From: Holophagales bacterium
GTDB lineage: Bacteria; Acidobacteriota; Thermoanaerobaculia; UBA5066
Reading direction: 5' to 3'
Length of the DNA: 64,000 bases
Assembly (NCBI GenBank): GCA_016719485.1
Contig: JADJZB010000028.1
Location: forward strand, 173,898-237,897
Shown here: in pieces, positions 56,781 through 64,000 of the stretch
Layout of the letters: each line of letters begins with the position of its first letter
Numbering within the stretch: the first letter of the stretch is position 1
Position numbers and translations under genes: made by a program
The notes under the pieces: model-generated
Seen by the model: only the letters and a program-made list of their open reading frames with translations
The model's database searches: none
Told to the model about the DNA's origin: nothing

Positions 56781-57845
56781 ATGCCCCTGACCCGATTCGG
56801 GTGGGACCCTGACTTCGAAACCCTCTTCGAGGACTACGCGCGGCAGGGGCTCGCCCCCGGCCGCGTCCTGACCGCGACACGCGAGATCTACCGCCTCGCA
56901 ACGCCGCACGGCGAGCTCGCCGGGGAGCTCTCCGGCCGCCTGCGCTTCGCGTCCGACACCCCCGCCGACCTCCCGGCCGTCGGCGACTGGGTCGCCGCGC
57001 GTGCCTACCCCGGCGACGACCTCGCCGTCGTCGACGCCGTCCTCCCGCGGCGGTCGGCGCTCGTCCGCCGCGCGGCGGGGCGTCGCGACGAGGCGCAGCT
57101 CCTCGCGGCGAACGTCGACCTCCTCCTCGTGGCGGCCCCGCTCGGCGGCGACCTGCGCGCGCGGCGCATCGAGCGCTTCCTCGCCCTCGCACGCGAGGCG
57201 GGCGTGCCGCCGGCCGTCGTCCTGACGAAAGCGGACCTCGTGGCCGACCCGGAGGCCACTCTCGCGGCTGCCCGCGAGATCGCCGGCGGCGCCCCCGTCG
57301 TCGCCGTGAGCGCGGTGTCGGGCCACGGCCTCGACGACCTGTCGGCCCTGCTCGTCCCCCGCGCGACGGCAGCCCTCCTCGGCCCCTCCGGCGCCGGGAA
57401 GTCGACGCTCGTCAACGCGCTGCTCGGCGAGGAGCGGCAGGCGACGCGCGAGATCCGTGACGCGGACCGGCGCGGCCGCCACGCGACGACGCACCGCGAG
57501 CTCTTCGCGCTTCCATCGGGAGCGCTTCTCGTCGACACCCCGGGCCTGCGGGAGCTCGCGCTGTGGGACGCCGCAGACGGCATCGCCGCGACCTACGACG
57601 AGGTCTCCGCCCTCGCCCCGTCGTGCCGCTTCCGCGATTGCCGTCACGAGGCCGAGCCGGACTGCGCGGTCCGCGAGGCCGCGGGCACGGGCGGCCTCGA
57701 CGCCGGCCGCATCGCGGCCTGGGAGAAGCTCCGCCGCGAGGAGGAAGCGCTCGAGATGCGCCGAAACCTCGGCCCCGCGCGCGCCGAGCGCCTCCGCTGG
57801 AAGCGGATCATGGGTGGCGCGAAGGGGCCGGAGAAGCTCCGCTGA
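56781..57845 (+). CDS. rsgA: Ribosome small-subunit-dependent GTPase A
   Basis: ...VVLTKADLV...LLGPSGAGKSTLVNAL...RGRHATTHRELF...VDTPGLRE...CRFRDCRHEAEPDCAV (zinc knuckle); internal ATG of track ORF 56712..57845. Confidence 0.85.
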   Translation: MPLTRFGWDPDFETLFEDYARQGLAPGRVLTATREIYRLATPHGELAGELSGRLRFASDTPADLPAVGDWVAARAYPGDDLAVVDAVLPRRSALVRRAAGRRDEAQLLAANVDLLLVAAPLGGDLRARRIERFLALAREAGVPPAVVLTKADLVADPEATLAAAREIAGGAPVVAVSAVSGHGLDDLSALLVPRATAALLGPSGAGKSTLVNALLGEERQATREIRDADRRGRHATTHRELFALPSGALLVDTPGLRELALWDAADGIAATYDEVSALAPSCRFRDCRHEAEPDCAVREAAGTGGLDAGRIAAWEKLRREEEALEMRRNLGPARAERLRWKRIMGGAKGPEKLR

Positions 57846-57859
57846 GACGGGGGTCTGGT

Positions 57860-58804
57860 CTACGTTCTACACGCTGCCGAGGTGTCCGGGCCGGCTCCCG
57901 AGAGCCGGCCCCACGCCCGCTGGACGAGCGGCGTCAGCACGACCGCGAGACCCGCCGTCGCGATGCCGAAGACCGCGTCCGTCACGTAGTGGAACCGTCC
58001 GTAGAACGTGGAGACGTAGAGGGAGAGGACCACCGGCGAGAGGAGCCAGAACGTCGGGCGGTGGTGCTTCCACGCCATGACCCACATGACCGTCGCGGCG
58101 GCGGCGTGGGGGCTCGGGAGGGATCCGCCCGCGTAGTGGGCATGGGTCCGGATGAGCTCCCCCACCCACGTGAAGAGCGCCCCGTCGAGCGGAATACGGA
58201 ACCGGTCTGCCATCCAGTACATCGGGCTGGCGACCGGAAAGAGGATGAAGCCGGCGTCGCAGAGGACGTTCGCCAGGCCCAGCGCGAGGAAGTACTCCTC
58301 CGCCGCCGCCCGGCCCCGCCGGACCCAGAGGACCGCGCAGAGGACGGGGTAGAGAGGCACGTAGATGACGTAGCAGAACATCATCCACTCGGTGAGGGGA
58401 GGCGTGACGCATCGCTCCAGCCAGAGCGTTGGCTGGACGCCGAAGAGCCACGCCTCGAACGCGAGGACGAGGTCGTCCTGGAACCTTCCGTGGAGGACCA
58501 GCTGCAGGGAGGCGACGGCGCCGAACAGGTAGGCGTACGAGAGCGAAACGGTGGCCGTCCGCAGGAAGAACGCGACGACGGGGCGCCGGACGCGCGGCAT
58601 CACGGCAGCCGAGGCGAGGACGGCGAGTGCGACACCAACGTTCTTCGCGACCAGGAGGGACCACCCTTCGACGGCCCCCCGGAAGCCCACGGCGAGGAGG
58701 CTGAAGAGCGCGAGGGTCGCGAGGATGACCCCGTCTGCAGCGCGCAGCTCCACCCCTCCGAAGACCCGCCGCGCCTCTCCGTCTCTCGTCGGTATACCGG
58801 TCAT
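57860..58804 (-). CDS. PAP2-superfamily membrane phosphatase/transferase
   Basis: Track ORF 314 aa, polytopic, with ...GGSLPSPHAA... and ...YGRFHYVTDAVFG... (PAP2 C2/C3 motifs). Confidence 0.65.
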   Translation of the reverse strand: MTGIPTRDGEARRVFGGVELRAADGVILATLALFSLLAVGFRGAVEGWSLLVAKNVGVALAVLASAAVMPRVRRPVVAFFLRTATVSLSYAYLFGAVASLQLVLHGRFQDDLVLAFEAWLFGVQPTLWLERCVTPPLTEWMMFCYVIYVPLYPVLCAVLWVRRGRAAAEEYFLALGLANVLCDAGFILFPVASPMYWMADRFRIPLDGALFTWVGELIRTHAHYAGGSLPSPHAAAATVMWVMAWKHHRPTFWLLSPVVLSLYVSTFYGRFHYVTDAVFGIATAGLAVVLTPLVQRAWGRLSGAGPDTSAACRT

Positions 58805-58814
58805 CGCGTGGAAG

Positions 58815-59537
58815 CTAGCGGCACACGATGAAGAGGTCGAGCGAGAGTCCGAGCACCCAGTGCGTCAGGAGGGGAACGAGCAGGGACCGCGAACGGAACG
58901 CGATGACGCCCCACACGAGACCGCCCAGGACGGCACCGAGCGTCTCGCCGAAGGGCTTTCCGACGTGGAAGGCGGCCGAGACGGCGGTCTGGACGAGGAT
59001 GGCGTTCCAGTCCCCGATCTCCTCGCGCAGACCGAACTGGACGAACCCCCGGAAGCCGAACTCCCAGCCCGCGTAGAAAGCGAGGTACGCGAGGGCGTGG
59101 CCCCCGAACGCGAGCGGCCCCGCACCGGAGGCCCGGTTCAGCGGGTAGACGGCGAGGAACTCCGGCATCCGGGACGCCGAAAGGCTCAGGAGAGCCATGA
59201 CCGGAGCGACCACGGCGAAGGCCTTCCATCCGAAGGAGAGGTCGCCCAGCTGCACCCCGTAGGCCGAGAGCGGCTCATGCAACACGAGCTTCACGATCAG
59301 GGCGGGAATCAGGCCCAGGAGGACGAAGGCCGCGGCGAATGAGTAGAGCCCGGCGGTGAAGACCGGGTCTCGCCCGAGGACGAACGTGGAGGCCAGGTGC
59401 CGGAGGTAGGTTGGCTGGTTCCCGAAGTAGAAGAAGAGGATTCCAAGGACCGACGCGCCGACGACGACGATGGTGGATTTCCGGCTGACCGGGGGAACGA
59501 GGTCTCCGGCAGAGGCGGGCTCCGCGCGCAGAATCAC
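58815..59537 (-). CDS. CPBP-family intramembrane glutamic endopeptidase (CAAX protease/Abi type)
   Basis: ...AFYAGWEFGFRGFV... (EExxxR-like) and ...SAAFHVGK...LTHWVLG... The GTG at 59537 overlaps the upstream stop (GTGA). The upstream 56 aa of track ORF 58815..59705 are rejected. Confidence 0.7.
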   Translation of the reverse strand: MILRAEPASAGDLVPPVSRKSTIVVVGASVLGILFFYFGNQPTYLRHLASTFVLGRDPVFTAGLYSFAAAFVLLGLIPALIVKLVLHEPLSAYGVQLGDLSFGWKAFAVVAPVMALLSLSASRMPEFLAVYPLNRASGAGPLAFGGHALAYLAFYAGWEFGFRGFVQFGLREEIGDWNAILVQTAVSAAFHVGKPFGETLGAVLGGLVWGVIAFRSRSLLVPLLTHWVLGLSLDLFIVCR

Positions 59538-60535
59538 CGGCCGCCGCCCTGGCCGTGCAGCCAGTCCAGCGTCCGGCGCACACCCTCCCGAAGAGGCGTG
59601 ATCCGGTAGCCGAGCTCCGTCTCGGCTTTCGCGCTGGAATAGGCCCAATCCTCGAGGAACGTCTCGACCCATCCGGGCGTGATCCGGGGATAGAGACCGA
59701 ACCATTCGGCCTTCAGCTTCTCGAGGCGTGCGTAGGACACCGCGACCGGCCGAGGCAGCCCGATCTGGATGTGCCTCTTCCCCGTCAGCTCGTCCACGAG
59801 CCGCAGGAGACCTCTCAGCGAGATGTTCTCGCCTCCGAGGATGTACCGCTCGGCCACCCGGCCCTTCTCCATCGCGAGGAGATGCCCCTCGACGAGGTCG
59901 TCCACGAACGCGTAGTTCCCGACGTTCTCGCCGCTGCCGGGGACGACCGGGAACCTCCCGCGGTCGTACTCGTCGATCATCAGCGACACCGAGTTACCCT
60001 CGGTCCGCTTTCCCGGACCAAAGACCCGCGTCGGGTGTACGACCACGATGGGGACGCCCCGGGCGGCCATTTCCAGGGCCTCCCGCTCGGCAACGGACTT
60101 GGTCTCCTCGTATTCCGTGAGAAAGCGCGGCGTCGACCTCGGCGTCGCCTCGTTCCCGACGACCCCCTTCGTCGTCGGCCCGAAGACGACCACCGTCGAC
60201 GTGTAGACGATGCGCCGTACGCCGGACTCCGCCGCGGCTTCGAAGACGTTCCGGGTCCCCCCGACGTTGAGCCGGGAGAACGTCGAAGGGTCCTTCGCCC
60301 AGTTCCGGGCATAGGCGGCGAGGTGAAAGACCTCCGAACAGCCTTCCAGCGCGCGGCGGAGCGAGGCGCGATCCAGGATGTCGCCTTCCACCCACTCCAG
60401 TCGCTCGGCGGCGGATCTCTTGCTCGTCGGGCGCGCCAGCGCCCGTACGGTTCGACCCCGGGCCAGGAGGGACGCCACGAGCCTGTCGCCGACGAACCCG
60501 GTGCCACCCGTGACGAAGACCCGTTCAGGGCTCAG
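59534..60535 (-). CDS. NAD-dependent epimerase/dehydratase (SDR) family protein; true start unresolved
   Basis: Track ORF 59534..60478 begins after the Rossmann motif. In-frame upstream codons read DLSPERVFVTGGTGFVGDRLV with no ATG/GTG/TTG. Candidate starts are the CTG at 60535, or the out-of-frame ATG at 60546 if there is an indel. Confidence 0.75.
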   Translation of the reverse strand: MSPERVFVTGGTGFVGDRLVASLLARGRTVRALARPTSKRSAAERLEWVEGDILDRASLRRALEGCSEVFHLAAYARNWAKDPSTFSRLNVGGTRNVFEAAAESGVRRIVYTSTVVVFGPTTKGVVGNEATPRSTPRFLTEYEETKSVAEREALEMAARGVPIVVVHPTRVFGPGKRTEGNSVSLMIDEYDRGRFPVVPGSGENVGNYAFVDDLVEGHLLAMEKGRVAERYILGGENISLRGLLRLVDELTGKRHIQIGLPRPVAVSYARLEKLKAEWFGLYPRITPGWVETFLEDWAYSSAKAETELGYRITPLREGVRRTLDWLHGQGGGR

Positions 60536-60641
60536 ATCGACTCCATCCGGACGGATGGGAGGGCGCTCCTCGGCGCGCTACCGTACATCGGTCGGCGATC
60601 GTAGCACTCGCGGTACGCCCACGATCCTTCATCGAATGGCG

Positions 60642-61949
60642 TCAGGCGCCGCTTCGCCAGCCGGGGAGGCGAAGCTCGAAGATGGCCTTCTCCCCGCCGC
60701 CCTCGGCAGCGATCACGTCTCCTCCGTGGAAGCGTGCGACGTGCCGCGCCAGTGCGAGGCCGAGGCCGAGACCGGGCGCCGCTTCCCTCGCCGCAGCTCC
60801 CCGGTAGAAGCGATCGAAGACCTTCTCGCGTTCCTCCAGCGCCAGCGCGACGCCGGGCGTCTCCACCGAGAGGGTCACCCGCCCGCCGTCGGCGGAGAGC
60901 ACCGCCAGTGGCGTGACCCCTGCCGGTGCGTACTTCCGGGCGTTGTCGAAGAGGTTGTCGACGGCGAGCCGCAGGAGGTCCTCGTCTCCCCGGACGAGCG
61001 CCTCGTCCGGCGCCGTCAGCGCAATGGCCCGTCCGCTTCCTTCGGCGGATGCCCTCACCAGGTCGGCGACGTTCACGGTTTCACCGGCGCCGAGCCCGCT
61101 GGTTTCGTCACGCGACAGAACGAGGAGGGCATCCACGAGCCGCGCGAGCCGGTCCACCTCCGATGTCAACGCCTCCAGCTCGGTCCGGCACTCCCCCGAG
61201 GCCACCGCCGCGGCCCTTTCGGTCCGCAGTCGGATGCGCGTGAGCGGCGTCCTCAGCTCGTGCGCTGCGTTGAGGACGAACTCCGCCTCCCTGTCGAGCG
61301 CCGCTCCGAGCCGCCCGAGGACCCCGGAGAAGGCCCGCTCGAGAACGGCGGCCTCGGACGGGAGCGCTTCGTGCGGGACCGAAACGTAGTCGCGCGGGTG
61401 ATCGACGGCGCCGAGGCGCAGGGCGAGGTCCTCCATGGGGCGCGCCGCCGCCCGGCCTGCCCAACGGCCAACGGCCAGAGCCAGCAGGGACGAGGGGATG
61501 GCCGCCAGAAAGAGCGCCGCCCAGAACAGGCGCCGGAGCGGAAGACCGTCCTGCGGCCGGCGGACGACCTCGAGGACAAAGCCCCCCGGCATCTCGCGCC
61601 GAACGCCAATCCAGCCCACCGGCAGACCGGTTGCGCCGTCGAGCCGTGGCCCCTCCCCGTGCTCGGCCACGACGACCGCCCCCTTCCGGATCTCCGCCCG
61701 GTCCGGGTGGACGATCATCTCCTCCAGGACCTCCTTGGCGGCCTCCGAGAGAGTGTGCCCGTGCTCCTTCATCTCCAGCCTGAACGTCCGCTCCAGGGTT
61801 ACCGCGGTACGGTCCAGCTCTCGAAGGTCGTGCCGCTGCCAGAGGAGCCGCAGGGCGAGCGCGGCACCCGCGGCGAGGACGACGGAGGAGACCACCGCAG
61901 TCAGGAGCGTGGCGGCAACGGTTCGTCGCGAAAGAGAGTCGAACTTCAT
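60642..61949 (-). CDS. Sensor histidine kinase (two TM helices, HisKA, HATPase_c)
   Basis: MKFDSLSRRTVAATLLTAVVSSVVLAAG...FVLNAAHELRTPLT...DNLFDNARKY...GLGLGLALA... ATGA overlap with the regulator stop. Confidence 0.85.
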   Translation of the reverse strand: MKFDSLSRRTVAATLLTAVVSSVVLAAGAALALRLLWQRHDLRELDRTAVTLERTFRLEMKEHGHTLSEAAKEVLEEMIVHPDRAEIRKGAVVVAEHGEGPRLDGATGLPVGWIGVRREMPGGFVLEVVRRPQDGLPLRRLFWAALFLAAIPSSLLALAVGRWAGRAAARPMEDLALRLGAVDHPRDYVSVPHEALPSEAAVLERAFSGVLGRLGAALDREAEFVLNAAHELRTPLTRIRLRTERAAAVASGECRTELEALTSEVDRLARLVDALLVLSRDETSGLGAGETVNVADLVRASAEGSGRAIALTAPDEALVRGDEDLLRLAVDNLFDNARKYAPAGVTPLAVLSADGGRVTLSVETPGVALALEEREKVFDRFYRGAAAREAAPGLGLGLALARHVARFHGGDVIAAEGGGEKAIFELRLPGWRSGA

Positions 61950-62641
61950 GTGCCGTCCTCGTCGAGCGCGTAGCCGATGCCCCGTACGTTGCGGACGAGA
62001 CTCGACCCTCCGGGTCCCGGGACCTTCCGCCTGAGGCGGCTGACGATGACCTCGAGGCTCGCCGCGGCTTCCGGCGTGTCCCGTCCCCAGATGTCCCCCA
62101 GGAGGACCTCGCGAGGCACGACGACGCCGCGGGCCCGCACGAGCCTCACGAGAAGGTCCAGCTCGCGCCGCGTCAGAGGGATCTCCTCCGCTCCCCTGTA
62201 GGCTCGGCGACGGCGCAGGTCGATGCGGATGCCGGCGTGCTCGAGGACGGATTCCGCGACACCCGGCCGGACCCGCCGGAGGAGGGCGCGGACCCGCGCC
62301 TTGAGCTCGGCAAGGGCGAACGGCTTGCCGAGGTAGTCGTCGGCGCCCGCCTCCAGCCCCTCGACCCGCGAGCCGACGTCGGAACGCGCCGTGAGCATCA
62401 GGATCGGGACGTCGAGGCCCTGGCGGCGGATCTCTCCGCAGAGCTCGAAACCGGAGGCGCCCGGAAGGCCGACGTCGAGGATGACGACGTCGACCTCGGG
62501 CTCGACGAGTAGCGAGCGGGCGCTGTCGGCCCGTCCTGCGGATCGGACCTCGAGTCCCTCCTCCTCCAGCGCGCGGACGACGAACCTCCTCGTCTCCGCG
62601 TCGTCCTCGACGACGACGGCCCGGCGGCGTCGCTCCGTCAC
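61946..62641 (-). CDS. OmpR-family response regulator
   Basis: GTG at 62641 after GGGGGAGG: ...AVVVEDDAETRRFVV...VVILDVGLPGASGFEL...LTARSD...ADDYLGKPF...LTRRELDLL...GIGYAL. Confidence 0.9.
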   Translation of the reverse strand: MTERRRRAVVVEDDAETRRFVVRALEEEGLEVRSAGRADSARSLLVEPEVDVVILDVGLPGASGFELCGEIRRQGLDVPILMLTARSDVGSRVEGLEAGADDYLGKPFALAELKARVRALLRRVRPGVAESVLEHAGIRIDLRRRRAYRGAEEIPLTRRELDLLVRLVRARGVVVPREVLLGDIWGRDTPEAAASLEVIVSRLRRKVPGPGGSSLVRNVRGIGYALDEDGT

Positions 62642-62805
62642 GCTCGGTCCTCCCCCTCGCCTGCCGCCGCCGCGGTCTTCGCAGCGACGAGCACGGCAGA
62701 CGGGACGGGCGCGGTCGCAAGGAGTACCGCGATCTGGTCGACGGCGTGTTGAGGGAGCATTCCGGGATCGTACAGGCCGCACGGATCGTCGTATAACGCC
62801 GACGG

Positions 62806-63246
62806 ATGCGCCTTCTCTCGTTCGTTCGGGCGGACCTCGGCCTCTCGCCGGCCCGTAGAGCCGGCCTCGTGCTGGTGATGGCCGTGCTGGCGGTCCAGGC
62901 CTCGAGGAACGTCGAGGGGAACCCTTCCGGGGCCTGGGACGCTTTCAGAGAGGTCCTCTCGACGTCCGCGCTCGAGTCGGACCGCCGCCTCGCCCCGATC
63001 AGAGGCCGGCTGCCCGCCCGCGGCGTGGTCCAGCTGGAGTGGAATCCAGGCGACGACGTGCAGCTCGGCTACCTCTCTCAGTTCGCGCTCGCTCCGCTCG
63101 TCCTGACGACCGAGCCCGTCCCGGGCCGCCTTCTCCTGGAGGACCCGATGATCCGCGCCGTCCCGGCAGACGCCGCCGCCAGGGGCCTTCGGCTCCTCCA
63201 CCGGACGAACGACGGGATCGGCCTCTGGCTCCTGGAGGCTCCCTGA
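62806..63246 (+). CDS. Hypothetical protein with N-terminal membrane anchor
   Basis: Track ORF 146 aa: ...RRAGLVLVMAVLAVQAS...; no family recognised. Confidence 0.4.
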   Translation: MRLLSFVRADLGLSPARRAGLVLVMAVLAVQASRNVEGNPSGAWDAFREVLSTSALESDRRLAPIRGRLPARGVVQLEWNPGDDVQLGYLSQFALAPLVLTTEPVPGRLLLEDPMIRAVPADAAARGLRLLHRTNDGIGLWLLEAP

Positions 63247-63255
63247 TCCCTGTCG

Positions 63256-64000
63256 GTGCGGCCGGTATCGCCCTTCTGCCGACGATCCTGACCGCGTTCG
63301 TCCTGCGGCCGTTCCTCGCCGGCCGGATCGAGCGGCTGGCGATCGCGATTCCCCTCGGAACCGGCGCCTGGGCTCTCGTCCACGTGCTGGGCCTTCTGGC
63401 CGGAGGAAGCCCCGCCGTACTCATCGTCTCCGAGCTCGCACTGGGGGCCACCTGCCTCGTCGTCTCGGCCCGGGCGAAGGTCGTCCCCCTGCTTCCGGAC
63501 TCCCGCGATCCGATCCTCGCGACCGCGACGGGGGCCACCGGCCTCGTCTTCGCCCTCTCCGTCGCTCTCCTCGGGTTCTCGCGTCACGCCGTTCCATTCG
63601 GCGGCTGGGATTCCTGGTCGATCTGGACCCTCCACGCCCGGTTCCTCCACCGGGGACGGACGGGGGCGTGGGTCGACATGTTCTCGCCGTTGATCGGCTG
63701 GAGCCATCCCGACTACCCCCTCCTCGTTCCCGCGACGATCGCCCGCACGTGGTCGATCACGGGCAGCGAGGGAGCGTTCGTGCCGTGGTTCGTCGCACTC
63801 GTCTCGACGCTCGGTCTGCCGCTCCTCGTCTTCGGCGTCCTCCGGCGAATCCGGGGCCCCCTCGTGGGGGCGATCGGGGCTCTCGCGATCGTCGCGTCGC
63901 CCCGAATCGTCCGGATCGGGGCAGAACAGTACGCGGACGTCCCCCTCGCGGGGGCCTTCGCGGCGACGATCGCGTTCCTGACTCTCGCAGGGGGTGCCGG
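63256..64000 (+). CDS. Polytopic membrane protein (possibly GT-C-like), 3' end outside the window; start unresolved
   Basis: Own translation in frame 0 (frame numbers = coordinate of a codon's first base, modulo 3): ...IALLPTILTAFVLRPFLAGRIERLAIAIPLGTGAWALV...WDSWSIWTLHARFL...WSHPDYPLLVPATIARTW... Strong GC3 bias. No canonical start in frame near the 5' end; a GTG at 63256 is in the neighbouring frame. Confidence 0.5.

Noticed and set aside
1-64000. Mobile-element boundaries for the arsenic island or the redox operon (IS elements, integrases, tRNA attachment sites, terminal inverted repeats); also rRNA and tRNA genes.
   Set aside because: I found no transposase, integrase or recombinase-like translation and no tRNA-like sequence in the few intergenic spaces. 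The lower-GC patch at 4.3-5.1 kb is the only compositional hint, and it is reported separately.

Overview
High-GC (roughly 70%), gene-dense bacterial chromosomal window with about 60 protein genes. I recognised no rRNA, tRNA, CRISPR array, transposase or integrase. A VWFA protein of the type I associate with Acidobacteria (TIGR03436-like), plus the overall gene content, suggests an Acidobacteriota-like organism; this is inference. Main blocks: (1) 1-7.9 kb, an arsenic island. It holds arsR1, a thioredoxin-like gene, an ArsP-type permease, a membrane-anchored CxxC protein and a CcdA/DsbD-like protein. A lower-GC orphan ORF follows, then arsR2-arsM-acr3-arsC with readable promoter and operator palindromes. 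(2) 8.7-15.2 kb, a PAS/GAF hybrid histidine kinase and a 1187-aa secreted Kelch-type repeat protein. (3) An ABC exporter, and moaA with a structured leader. (4) 18.3-31.2 kb, one long minus-strand array. It encodes a Na+-translocating methylmalonyl-CoA decarboxylase, an NhaD-type antiporter, crcB plus DUF190 and a Na+/solute symporter. These are followed by a Cys-rich small protein and a Cus/Czc-type metal RND pump. (5) Housekeeping genes (amn, deacetylase, VWFA, gpmA), a phnDCE-like ABC importer and an orphan modA. (6) 40.3-48.2 kb, two more ArsR regulators, the second heading a tightly packed seven-gene operon. The operon joins an MtrA-like decahaem cytochrome, an MtrB/PioB-like outer-membrane porin and a trihaem cytochrome. 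These sit with an Fe-S subunit, a Tat-exported molybdopterin oxidoreductase and a TorD-like chaperone; there is no quinol-dehydrogenase subunit. This is the most interesting candidate system. (7) EamA, a DUF255 thioredoxin-domain protein, CorC/CNNM, chrA plus a small ORF plus a nucleotidyltransferase-fold ORF, and TerC with a riboswitch-like leader. Then come rsgA, PAP2, a CPBP protease, an epimerase and an OmpR/HK pair. Three genes (permease near 3041, RND pump near 20090, porin near 43290) are interrupted by single-nucleotide frame changes. Two more lack a canonical start in frame with their conserved N-terminus. Either the assembly carries indel errors or there is real pseudogenisation. All functional calls come from my own reading of the translations and from remembered family signatures; no database search was run.
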